DNA of 63,013 nucleotides from Synechococcales cyanobacterium (GTDB lineage Bacteria; Cyanobacteriota; Cyanobacteriia; Leptolyngbyales; Leptolyngbyaceae): NCBI GenBank assembly GCA_043787035.1, contig JAYVVL010000285.1, positions 1 to 63,013 of the forward strand, read 5' to 3'. Shown piece by piece: positions 54,536 to 63,013 of this stretch (position 1 is its first letter; each line of letters starts with the position of its first letter). The notes under the pieces were generated by a model. It saw only the letters and a program-made list of their open reading frames with translations, ran no database searches and was not told where the DNA came from. The position numbers and the translations under genes were made by a program.

Positions 54536-57496
54536 TTAGACGCTATTCGTAGCGCTGTGGGTGCTGCTCCCTGGGTGCGAAACGCGACCTTGCTGAGCAG
54601 CGGGAAGCATCAGTCGGGTCATAATCCGCCCATCGTCTAGGCGGCAGACAGTGAGTTCGGCTCCCATGGCCCGCAGGAGTTCTTTGCAGATGGCTAGGTG
54701 AAGTCCCGGTGGCTGGTTGAGCAGGCTGGGAGCGAGGGGATCGAGAAGTTGTCCGCCTTCGAGATCTTTTAGGAGCCGGGGTTCGATGGTGCCGTTGTCG
54801 GTGATGGCGATTTCCACCCAGCGTTCATCAAATTGCCGACACCAAATATCAATCCGTTTTCCCGATTCCGATCGCAATCCTGAGGTCAAGATCACTTCGT
54901 ACAGAATCATTTCGAGTTTGCTGCTGTCCCCGATAATGATGGGGTTGCTGTCTTGGTGGACTTGGGACCAAAGCTGGCGCTGCTTGAGCAGATGTTCGGC
55001 GCGATCGAGGGCGCGGCGCAACAGACCCAAGAGCGGCAAACTTTCCTGCCGAAACTGAAGCTGCCATTGTTCATTCAGCAGGGCCGACTGAACCGGAACC
55101 ATCGCCTCCCCAAGCTGTCGCAAAATTTGCTGGTTGCGGGTGGTGGTGAGGGCATCTTGGGTGACGGGTTTGGCGGCTTCGATCAAGCGCTGAATGCCAA
55201 CGTTGACACTGCGGTGCAGCTCTTCAAGATGACGGTGTTTGTACCAGCCGATTTGTTCGAGCTTGAGGCGTTCGCTTTGGAGGGTAGCTTCGAGCTTGAG
55301 ATGACGGCGAGCGGCGGCGAGCTGGCTGGTGAGGATGCTGAGAATATGGAGCGATCGATCGTCTAGGACTTGCTCATCGTGAAACACCAGGCAAAACAGA
55401 CCCGTCGGTTCATCGTCCGGGCAAATACGCAGAGCGATCGTGACGATTTGAGTCATACCTTGAGCGTTAAGCCACTGTCGGGATTCGCCGGGGATTTGGG
55501 CGGGGGTGAGGGTGCGAATCGTGTTTTGGTCGTGGATCATCCGAATCAGGGGATCGGCGTGAATCGAGACCTTGGTATTAGGAATCAGGGCATAACGGCG
55601 ATCCATGTGCTGCGGCAACACCAGCCGTCCAGTGCGACGACCGGGAAACCACGACACCAGAAAGGCCATGGGCGATCCCAAAATCGGCGCGATGGTTCGC
55701 AGGGCGACTTGCTCTAGGTCTTCGAGGTGGTCGCACTGTTGAATCATTTGAATGCAGCGCTGGGTGCTTTGGTGACGCTCGGCTTCCTGGGTGACTTGAC
55801 GTTGAAGCTGCCACTGGTTCAAAATCACGCCGAGCTGCTGGGCAACGATCTGCACAAGCTGCTGTTCGGCGGCAGTCCAGCTTCGGGGGGCCTCATGGCA
55901 CACCAAGAGGATGCTCTCTAGGCGATGACCGGGTGAGGTGCTGGCAAGGAGAAACGATCGGACACCGAGTTCCCAGAGCGGCGATCGCCAGGCCGTGAAG
56001 CGCAGATCGTCTTCTAGATTTTCGATGGCAATGGAGGCTTCGCTGCGTTCGGCTAGCTGCAAGTCGAGATCGCTGAGCTTGGGCAGTGCGATGCCCGTGG
56101 CGCGGCGGTTGCGCGGCTGGTGCTGATAACACACTTCAAAATGGCCCGATCGCGCGTCTCTTAGGACTACCATAAAGCGTTCGATTTTGAGCCGTTTGCC
56201 TAGCAGTTCTGCCGCTCGGTTCAGGGTGGTTTTCCAGTCATCGGAGCTGTAGAGCGATCGGGCGATTTCGGTGGTGAGGGCTTGGTCGAGCTTGGTCTGC
56301 TCAATAATGGTCTCCATTTCTTCCAAGGGCGACATTAAAGCCACAATCTGCGCCGCCCCGCGAAGATAAAACTTTTCCTCATCTTGCCAAATGCGCGGGG
56401 CTAACCCTTCCACGGCCAAAAAACCTAGGAGCTGGTTTTGATACAGGATGGGAGCCGCTAGGAGCGATCGTGCCCGAATAAGCTTCATCAGACGGGAGGT
56501 GGCATCGGCCCGCAGGGAGCTGTGGGATTCACCGATCGCCACGACTTGATCGTTGACGAGCTGCTGGTAAAAGCTGTTGATTTCTTGGGCCGTGATACCG
56601 CCAGCGGGAGGGTTGTTCTCCAATAAGCCATTCATGCGAGGCATTTGGTTTGTGAGCCGCCGCCAAAAATAGCGCTGATTGGGTTCAAACCAATACAAAC
56701 TGGTGCGAGTCGGGGCCAAAAACTGATGAGTCTCTTCAATCACGACTTCTAGACGCTTGCCCAAATCTGGAAGCGATCGGGTCCGATCGAGTTGTTGGAG
56801 CAGCGGCTTGTCCGGGCGCTTAATCTGTTTACGCTGCCAGTCCTGTTCGGTTTGGTTCAGCACGGAAGCCAGTTCGCCCAGCACCATATCCAGCGTGGCT
56901 TTTTCGGTTGTTCCGGGAAAGGTTCCCCAGCGATGCGTCCCGAGAATAAGCACACCCAAACACCGATCGCGGAAACAGAGCGGAAATAGCATCGTGCCTT
57001 GAATGTTGTGTTTCTGCGCGACCTTGCGCCAGTCCCCTGCCCGTATTTCCTGCCGCAAATCTGCTAACGCCAACGGACGCTGCTGAATCACGACTTGCTC
57101 CAAAATATCGCCCGATAACAGCGAAATTTTTTGCTTCATCTCACTATTGTGAATGCCATTTCCCTTGGCCCCACCGGGCGTAAAGCCGCCCTTGCCCAGC
57201 ATGCGATGCTCCATACGATCGTACAACCCAATCCAAATCAGCTCATAGTTCTTTAAGAACGCCGATCGGAGATAATTCAGCGTCGCCTCCATCAGGTCGT
57301 CTGAATTTTCCGCCTCCCGAAGCGAATGCAAAACCTGCCCCAATTGGATGAGTAGATTCTCTTGAACATTAGTTTCTTTGACAGGACTCATGATGACGAC
57401 TGAGTACGATGGGTGTAGGTTAAGAGGCTGAATTGGGTTGAGATGCGGGACTTTAGTGGTTTTTGGGGGGTGTAATTTTTGGGATGAAGGAGCCAT
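54536..57496 (-). CDS. Multi-GAF sensor histidine-kinase-like protein
   Basis: 986 aa with at least three GAF-like segments, and a C-terminal HATPase-like region (VEIAITDNGT..., PPGLHLAICKELLRAMGAEL). The start codon is uncertain (alternative MSPVKETN). Confidence 0.75.
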   Translation of the reverse strand: MAPSSQKLHPPKTTKVPHLNPIQPLNLHPSYSVVIMSPVKETNVQENLLIQLGQVLHSLREAENSDDLMEATLNYLRSAFLKNYELIWIGLYDRMEHRMLGKGGFTPGGAKGNGIHNSEMKQKISLLSGDILEQVVIQQRPLALADLRQEIRAGDWRKVAQKHNIQGTMLFPLCFRDRCLGVLILGTHRWGTFPGTTEKATLDMVLGELASVLNQTEQDWQRKQIKRPDKPLLQQLDRTRSLPDLGKRLEVVIEETHQFLAPTRTSLYWFEPNQRYFWRRLTNQMPRMNGLLENNPPAGGITAQEINSFYQQLVNDQVVAIGESHSSLRADATSRLMKLIRARSLLAAPILYQNQLLGFLAVEGLAPRIWQDEEKFYLRGAAQIVALMSPLEEMETIIEQTKLDQALTTEIARSLYSSDDWKTTLNRAAELLGKRLKIERFMVVLRDARSGHFEVCYQHQPRNRRATGIALPKLSDLDLQLAERSEASIAIENLEDDLRFTAWRSPLWELGVRSFLLASTSPGHRLESILLVCHEAPRSWTAAEQQLVQIVAQQLGVILNQWQLQRQVTQEAERHQSTQRCIQMIQQCDHLEDLEQVALRTIAPILGSPMAFLVSWFPGRRTGRLVLPQHMDRRYALIPNTKVSIHADPLIRMIHDQNTIRTLTPAQIPGESRQWLNAQGMTQIVTIALRICPDDEPTGLFCLVFHDEQVLDDRSLHILSILTSQLAAARRHLKLEATLQSERLKLEQIGWYKHRHLEELHRSVNVGIQRLIEAAKPVTQDALTTTRNQQILRQLGEAMVPVQSALLNEQWQLQFRQESLPLLGLLRRALDRAEHLLKQRQLWSQVHQDSNPIIIGDSSKLEMILYEVILTSGLRSESGKRIDIWCRQFDERWVEIAITDNGTIEPRLLKDLEGGQLLDPLAPSLLNQPPGLHLAICKELLRAMGAELTVCRLDDGRIMTRLMLPAAQQGRVSHPGSSTHSATNSV

Positions 57497-57741
57497 GAGT
57501 GATGAAGCTTGAGCGATCGCATAGAATCAGCACTGTGCAAGGTCATTTCCTCTCAAGACCTTCTATTTTCTAGCGTTCCCTGAGACGGATAGTTACATAG
57601 CGTGAAAATTTTATTCATAAATTTAGATGTAAATTCAGCTTATATCTTCATGAGTAGAATAATCTGTGGGGTGTGCCAAGAATCTTTGATCGCGTCTAAC
57701 TCGCGTCTAAGTCATGCACAATGATGCGCTAATCTTGAATT

Positions 57742-58965
57742 TTGCCCCAAGACTTTTGCCCTTATCGCCCCTCATCCTCTGTGTCAGACTCCTCTTCTCT
57801 TAATCTTTACCAATCAATTCTACGTCCGATTTTGTTTTCAGGACTACATGCCGATCCTGAATGGCTTCATCAGCAAACCCTCGCCGCCCTCGAATGGCTT
57901 GATCTTCGATCGCCGCTAGCCGTGCGGACGCTGATTCTGAGGCAACTCACTCAGCTTTATGGGGATCAAGGCGAACACCAGGACTCTAAGTTCGATCGTC
58001 TGGCCCAAACCTGCTTTGGGTGCCACTTTGATAATCCACTGGGACTGGCCGCAGGGTTTGATAAAAATGGTCAGGGGGCTGGCATCTGGTCCAACTTTGG
58101 GTTTGGATTTGCGGAATTAGGGACGGTGACGCAATATGGCCAAGCGGGGAACCCGAAGCCCCGACTGTTTCGGCTGGTGGATGACCAGGCCGCTCTCAAT
58201 CGCATGGGGTTTAACAATGCAGGGTCAGAGGCATTGCGCGATCGCCTAGAGGCTCGGCAGAATATGAGCGATCGCGCCCTTAGCTTGATGCCCATAGGAA
58301 TTAACCTCGGCAAATCCAAAATTACTCCCTTGGAGGAAGCCCATGCGGATTATCGGGTGAGTTTCCAACGACTGAAGCATTTGGGTGACTATTTTGTCGT
58401 CAATGTCAGTTCGCCTAACACCCCAGGATTGCGATCGCTTCAGAGTGTGGAGCAGCTCAATCCGATTTTTGAAGCCCTCACCCAAGAAAACACTGGACAC
58501 AAACCCATCTTCGTCAAAATCGCGCCGGATCTGCTGGATGACGATATTTTGGCCGTTGTCGATCTGGCCCGATCGTCTCATCTCACCGGGATTATCGCCA
58601 CCAATACCACCATCCGCCGAGACGGACTCAAAACGCAGGTGCTAGAGCGAACTGGAAACCGAGTCGCCGACGAAGCGGGAGGAATCAGCGGCGCTCCGGT
58701 GCGAGAGCGATCGACGGAGGTGATTGCGCTGATTTCCCGCCACACCCAGGGAGAGTTTCCCATTATTGGCGTGGGAGGAATATCTACTGCCGCCGATGCC
58801 TGGGAGAAAATCACCGCTGGAGCTTGCCTGCTTCAGGTCTATACGGGCTGGATTTATGAAGGTCCAGCCTTGGTTCGCCAAATCCTATCTGGACTCGTCG
58901 ATCGTCTAGATCAGGCGGGTCTAGACTCTATTGATCAAGCGATCGGACTTTCTAACCGTCGTTAG
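57742..58965 (+). CDS. pyrD: Dihydroorotate dehydrogenase (quinone), class 2
   Basis: NPLGLAAGFDKNG, GFGFAELGTVT, NVSSPNTPGLR, GIIATNTT and GVGGI motifs. The TTG start is uncertain. Confidence 0.9.
   Translation: MPQDFCPYRPSSSVSDSSSLNLYQSILRPILFSGLHADPEWLHQQTLAALEWLDLRSPLAVRTLILRQLTQLYGDQGEHQDSKFDRLAQTCFGCHFDNPLGLAAGFDKNGQGAGIWSNFGFGFAELGTVTQYGQAGNPKPRLFRLVDDQAALNRMGFNNAGSEALRDRLEARQNMSDRALSLMPIGINLGKSKITPLEEAHADYRVSFQRLKHLGDYFVVNVSSPNTPGLRSLQSVEQLNPIFEALTQENTGHKPIFVKIAPDLLDDDILAVVDLARSSHLTGIIATNTTIRRDGLKTQVLERTGNRVADEAGGISGAPVRERSTEVIALISRHTQGEFPIIGVGGISTAADAWEKITAGACLLQVYTGWIYEGPALVRQILSGLVDRLDQAGLDSIDQAIGLSNRR
58955..58965 (+). repeat. Left copy of 11-bp direct repeat ACCGTCGTTAG (includes the pyrD stop codon)
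   Basis: Read directly. An identical 11-mer sits at 61672-61682. Confidence 0.95.
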
Positions 58966-59339
58966 CTGGCTCCGTAAAGAATCATTGCACTCCGGAGTTG
59001 GTTAGTTACCTGTCCGTCCGCAAAAGCCTAAAAGGTGGGCTGTTGATGATATTGTTTGATACCTGATTTTCGTTACAAAAGTACCCAGAAGGCAGTCTTT
59101 GAGGGTGTTAGAGGAGGTCAATTGGTGAAAGGTGTAAAGTGGGAAAGTTAAGATCTAAAATCGACTCACTAGGGTCAAGAGAAGGGCACTCTTGCGGGTA
59201 CTTGCGTAGCTTGTTAAAATGATCTATCGTAAAAAATAAATAAGCAGTAGGAATTAGTAGAGAATTGAAGTTTAGACCCGTTGTAAGAAAAGTACTGCGT
59301 ATCTTAGTCTAAATCTAATATAAAAGTCAGGAGCATTCT

Positions 59340-59753
59340 ATGATCAGGGTCAACCCAAGCAACTCTTCTTGTGCGAGAAAAATATATGAAGTCTTCCAGC
59401 ATCATGGACTTAAGTTGATACATTTTGACATCAAATATCGGGACGGTAATGACAATCAATATACGTATGCTATTGATGCAAGCTCTACCGCATCAATAGA
59501 AAAAAATCATGCCCATCCAGTTTTCTCCCTATTCTCTACGTCATCGGAGACTGCACGAAATTTTAATACTTCTGGAATTAAAATAGCACAGCAGTCTTTG
59601 GATGATAGGCAAATTATTGCTGACATACAGAATGCGTTAACTCAGGACCATGTGACTCTTTTGTCTGCAAACATTACGGCTAAAGGTTCTGACGGAGAAC
59701 CTTGTTCCATAACGTTTCCTTTTTGCAACGGTAGCTACTGCCCTGAACCATAG
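59340..59753 (+). CDS. Hypothetical 137-aa protein with C-terminal Cys cluster
   Basis: AGGAG lies 6 nt upstream of the ATG. AT-rich codon usage. The C-terminus is CSITFPFCNGSYCPEP. No signal peptide and no recognised family. Confidence 0.5.
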   Translation: MIRVNPSNSSCARKIYEVFQHHGLKLIHFDIKYRDGNDNQYTYAIDASSTASIEKNHAHPVFSLFSTSSETARNFNTSGIKIAQQSLDDRQIIADIQNALTQDHVTLLSANITAKGSDGEPCSITFPFCNGSYCPEP

Positions 59754-59826
59754 CGTGATGCGGCGGTCAGACATTTTTGCAATAAAACCATACCATCTTT
59801 AAAGCTTAAAACTTTTGAGGACGTTG

Positions 59827-61650
59827 ATGAGTATTCAACAAGGTGATCACTATAACTTTAGCGGTAAAGACATTCGAGGCCATAACTTCAGCAAAAAGGA
59901 CTGCATTAATCACAAATTTCAACATTCAAAAGCTGGCATTAAGCCAATTTTTTACTATAGTTTAGTAATCGTGTTTTGTCTGCTATCTATTTCAATTTCA
60001 GTGGCTATAGCAATAGCTATTATGCCTGTTTTGGCTGGTATTACCCCATATTTGATTCCCAGTTTAATTGGCTTATCAATATTGGGAGTTTTTCTCTTTT
60101 TTATCACTGTAAAAGGATTTGCGGGTGCTTTGCTAGCTGAGGGAATACTATCCGTCATTTCTCTAATTTCCATAGCTCCATTACTCATCGCTGGAGAAAG
60201 AACTATTGTTCCGGGAATATTTTTTGGAATCTTTGGTATGGCAGTAGCCTTCGGTGGAATAGTGATGTTTGCATTTACTATCACCGTGCTGAACGTTCTA
60301 TCTGGCCGATGGGTTGCGTATTCAGCTATGATTATGTCAATAGCCGCAATGATTGTAAGTGTCCCTGTTGTATTTCCCAGAAATAATAAATCTCCTCATC
60401 AATTTGACTACTTCATAGACATTGCATTGACTGGGATAATTATCAGTATCGGATTCTATATTTCTATTCGTTCTCTACATCAAGATATAAAATATAAATC
60501 GATTCGGTCAACTGCAATTGCTTTTTGTTCTAAGTGCTACAGCACTTCATTTCGAGGGGCAAATCTAACTAACGCAGACTTTACGGGTGCAAGTCTGAGA
60601 AATGTTGATTTTAGACAGGCCAATCTCACGATGGCTCGCTTTAAGGACGCTAAGGATATCGAGTATGCTTGTCTTGATGAGAATCACGGTTTGCAAAACT
60701 TAAAAACTCGGCAATTAGCAATTGAAGTAGATGTCAATAAAATGAGTGATAAAAATTTTAATTATCTCGATTTGGAAGGCATAAACTTGGAGGGCGCATG
60801 TTTGCAAGGGTCTAGTTTCATGGGTGCTAATCTGAAAAATACCAATTTAAAGAACGCAAATTTATCAGGAGCAAATCTAAAGCAGGCGCAACTAGTAGGA
60901 GCCGATTTAACAGGTGCAATGCTGACAGGAGCATGTATTGAAGATTGGGGAATTACGAAAAAGACAGTGTTAGGAGAAGTCAAGTGCGAATTCATTTTCT
61001 TGGAATGTAAAGAAGAACAGAATAAAAGTGGGCACTCTTCAATCAAATTTCAACTAAGATACCCAGATGATAGTCAGTTTGGGGATGGAGAATTTGCCGA
61101 TCGTGCTTATCTAGCTTGGGAGCAATACGAGAGAAACAAAACAACTACTATGAATTTTTATGGTTCGGTTGAACAGGTTATGGCCATAGAACACAACTCC
61201 GGAGAAATCAATATGTCACAGAATAAAGGAAACGTACGTATCAGTGGTGTGCAAGGTAATGTCAGTGGAATTGCTGCTGCGGGAGAAAACCAAACCTTGA
61301 CGGGAGTTGCCATTGGCGCAATCAGCGGTTCTGTTACCAATACTATTAATCAACTACCTGCATCACCTGATTCAGACAGCTTAGGGATCAAAGAGTTATT
61401 AGCTCAATTGCAAACAGCGATCGAAGCAGAACTCGGATTGACCGACGAGGACAAGGTTGAAGCCTTAGAGCAGATAAAAACATTAGCGGAGGCAGGCCAG
61501 AAGCCAGAAGACAATGGACTTCAGAAAGCAGCGAAAACATCAATTAAAGTCCTCAAAGGGACTATTGCCAGTCTACCCGATGCGGCTAAACTGGCTGAGT
61601 CTTGCGCCAAACTACTGCCTGCGATCGCGACACTCCTTGCCTTAGTGTAG
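59827..61650 (+). CDS. Polytopic membrane pentapeptide-repeat protein
   Basis: About 6 TM segments, then pentapeptide repeats (FRGANLTNADFTGASLRNVDFRQANLTMARF; GANLKNTNLKNANLSGANLKQAQLVGADLTGAMLTGA), then a Gly/Ser/Val-rich segment and a helical tail. Confidence 0.85.
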   Translation: MSIQQGDHYNFSGKDIRGHNFSKKDCINHKFQHSKAGIKPIFYYSLVIVFCLLSISISVAIAIAIMPVLAGITPYLIPSLIGLSILGVFLFFITVKGFAGALLAEGILSVISLISIAPLLIAGERTIVPGIFFGIFGMAVAFGGIVMFAFTITVLNVLSGRWVAYSAMIMSIAAMIVSVPVVFPRNNKSPHQFDYFIDIALTGIIISIGFYISIRSLHQDIKYKSIRSTAIAFCSKCYSTSFRGANLTNADFTGASLRNVDFRQANLTMARFKDAKDIEYACLDENHGLQNLKTRQLAIEVDVNKMSDKNFNYLDLEGINLEGACLQGSSFMGANLKNTNLKNANLSGANLKQAQLVGADLTGAMLTGACIEDWGITKKTVLGEVKCEFIFLECKEEQNKSGHSSIKFQLRYPDDSQFGDGEFADRAYLAWEQYERNKTTTMNFYGSVEQVMAIEHNSGEINMSQNKGNVRISGVQGNVSGIAAAGENQTLTGVAIGAISGSVTNTINQLPASPDSDSLGIKELLAQLQTAIEAELGLTDEDKVEALEQIKTLAEAGQKPEDNGLQKAAKTSIKVLKGTIASLPDAAKLAESCAKLLPAIATLLALV

Positions 61651-61671
61651 ATGTGCAAATGCGTAGTCCAC

Positions 61672-61682
61672 ACCGTCGTTAG
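61672..61682 (+). repeat. Right copy of 11-bp direct repeat ACCGTCGTTAG
   Basis: Read directly. It lies 10 nt from the stop codon of the convergent WD40 gene. Confidence 0.95.
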
Positions 61683-61692
61683 AATTTAAGCC

Positions 61693-62622
61693 CTACTTGC
61701 GTTCCAGCTTCCAGATGTTGATGGTTTTGTCTTCGCTGCCGCTAGCGAGGAGGCGACCGTTGGGGCTAAGGCCGATCGAGAGGACAGGGAGCTTATGTCC
61801 GGTGAGGGCGTGCATCAGACGTCCGGTTTCGACGTCCCATTCTTTGATGGTGCGGTCCATGCTGCCGGAGTAGAGGGTGTTGTTGTCGGGGGCAAAGGCG
61901 ATCGATCGAACTGCGCCGTTATGGCCTTCGAGGGTGCGGACAAGTTTTCCAGTTTTGGCATTCCAGAGCTTGATGGTCTTGTCGTTGCTGGCGCTGGCAA
62001 TGTATTGACCGTTGGGACTGACGGCCACGTCTAGGATCCAACCTTGGTGGCCTTCGAGCACTTGCTCCTGTTTCTCGCTAGCGATATTCCAGACGCGAAC
62101 GCTGCGATCGTAGCCGCCGCCACTCACAAGGGTCTGGCGATCGGGGCTAAAGGCGACGGACATCACGTAGTTGGTGTGGCCTAAAAAGGTCTTGAGCAGT
62201 TCTCCGGACTTCATGTCCCACAGTTGAACCTTTTTATCGACGCGGGCGCTGGCAAACTGATCCCCATCGGGAGAAATATCTAAGCCACGAACGAGGGCGT
62301 TTTGCGTCATGGGGCCTTCGCCAGAGAAGGTGCGCAGGAGACTTCCGTCTGTGATTCGCCAGAGCTTAATGGTGCGATCGAGACCGCTGTTCAGAACCAT
62401 CATTCCGTTTCGGGTCGGTTTAACGGGCGTTGACGGCTTTATTATGCCCGATGAGGGTGCGAAAGATTTCGGGGCGGCGGCGGACACAGGTCTTGCAGCA
62501 GCGGTTTGCGGTGGTCTAGGAGTGGCTTGAGTCATTGAGTAAGGGGTGGGTGCGACGGTCACGATCGCCGTCAGGCTAAGGACGAAGGGCGTAAACAGGG
62601 TTTTGAGTTTCATGAGCGTCAT
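61693..62622 (-). CDS. Secreted WD40-repeat protein
   Basis: Signal peptide MTLMKLKTLFTPFVLSLTAIVTVAP. Six to seven WD repeats (e.g. GHTNYVMSVAFSPDRQTLVSGGGYDRSVRVWN). Confidence 0.88.
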   Translation of the reverse strand: MTLMKLKTLFTPFVLSLTAIVTVAPTPYSMTQATPRPPQTAAARPVSAAAPKSFAPSSGIIKPSTPVKPTRNGMMVLNSGLDRTIKLWRITDGSLLRTFSGEGPMTQNALVRGLDISPDGDQFASARVDKKVQLWDMKSGELLKTFLGHTNYVMSVAFSPDRQTLVSGGGYDRSVRVWNIASEKQEQVLEGHQGWILDVAVSPNGQYIASASNDKTIKLWNAKTGKLVRTLEGHNGAVRSIAFAPDNNTLYSGSMDRTIKEWDVETGRLMHALTGHKLPVLSIGLSPNGRLLASGSEDKTINIWKLERK

Positions 62623-62751
62623 CTTTAGGAAGAGGGAGATGCGGGTTTGGAAAACTGTCCTAAGGCTCCAAATGCTTGAAGCTAGGACGGTTTAGAGTGT
62701 GCAGCTCTTAGTGTTCTATCGCGCCTACTTCTCAAGACCTATGCAAATCTA

Positions 62752-63013
62752 TTACAAAATTGATGAGACTTCGGGAATCTGCTCCCAGTCCATCGCTAAA
62801 TCGACTTCGGATAGCCCGATTTCGCCTAGGGTACGATCGCAGCGCACGGTGTAGACACAGCGATCGCAGGTCTTTACATCTAGGGTTTGGGGAAACGGGG
62901 TGGCGTGGTCCTGGTAGTCATTCAGCCAGTGGCTAAGTTGGGTAAGCAAGCGCGTGAGCAGGCGATCGGTTTCGCGGTGATCGGCGTCGGTGTAAGGCAA
63001 GCTTAGTTTTTCG
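62752..63013 (-). CDS. C-terminal end of a PD-(D/E)XK/Cas4-like nuclease-family protein (5' part off-window)
   Basis: The ORF runs off the window. The terminal Cys cluster CDRCVYTVRC (C-x2-C-x5-C) is typical of the Fe-S clamp of RecB/AddB/Cas4-like nucleases. The assignment is tentative. Confidence 0.4.
   Translation of the reverse strand, partial: EKLSLPYTDADHRETDRLLTRLLTQLSHWLNDYQDHATPFPQTLDVKTCDRCVYTVRCDRTLGEIGLSEVDLAMDWEQIPEVSSIL

Larger units (their letters stand above)
1..63013. repeat. HIP1 (GCGATCGC) / CGATCG palindrome over-representation
   Basis: Octamer examples are at 2583-2590, 6017-6024, 10103-10110 and 61621-61628. The CGATCG core appears every few hundred bp through most genes. 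It is visibly sparse at 58966-61682 and reduced at 8946-13659 (counts by eye). Confidence 0.9.

Noticed and set aside
57691-57710. Direct repeat cgcgtctaa x2 (11-bp period) upstream of pyrD, sharing GTCTAAG with the boxes upstream of the methyltransferase
   Set aside because: It is too short (9 nt, 7-nt shared core) to separate from chance without genome-wide statistics.
1-63013. Search for CRISPR arrays, tRNA, rRNA, tmRNA, RNase P or riboswitch-like leaders
   Set aside because: No regularly spaced 25-40-bp repeats, no cloverleaf-compatible segments and no conserved RNA motifs were seen by eye in any intergenic region. Scanning by eye is not exhaustive, so tRNAscan-SE and Infernal should be run.

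Overview
63-kb chromosomal window from a cyanobacterium. The diagnosis rests on the very high density of the HIP1 palindrome GCGATCGC and its CGATCG core, plus chlI, cpcT, a PBS-lyase-type HEAT-repeat gene and a HetZ-related gene. I support about 55 protein genes and about 10 pseudogenes or mobile-element relics. I saw no rRNA, tRNA or CRISPR array. The backbone is housekeeping: mutS, GH63-like glucosidase, carB, rodZ-like, galE, pyrC, chlI, sulfate ABC sbp-cysT-cysW, gloB, tlyA, cpcT, ftsL-like/ftsI and pyrD. Accessory patches interrupt it. Best candidates for something new: (1) A compact minus-strand three-gene exopolysaccharide module (13659 to 8946). It comprises a HlyD/Alg44-like membrane-fusion protein without PilZ, an Alg8-like processive GT2 fused to a C-terminal periplasmic beta-helix domain, and a PL14-like lyase lipoprotein. 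It looks like an uncharacterised minimal alginate/polyuronate-type synthase system. (2) A 2.7-kb AT-rich, HIP1-poor insertion (58966-61682) bounded by a perfect 11-bp direct repeat ACCGTCGTTAG that contains the pyrD stop codon. It carries an unknown 137-aa protein and a 6-TM pentapeptide-repeat protein but no recombinase. (3) A 174-bp MITE with 22-bp terminal inverted repeats and an 8-bp target duplication, inside a graveyard of dead Rpn-like and Fic genes. (4) A strong intrinsic terminator that faces away from every annotated gene, implying an sRNA divergent from a membrane-anchored CHAT-TPR protease gene. (5) Every recognisable mobilome or toxin-antitoxin gene is inactivated, mostly by a single in-frame stop. 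All family assignments are by eye and from memory of motifs. No database search was run.
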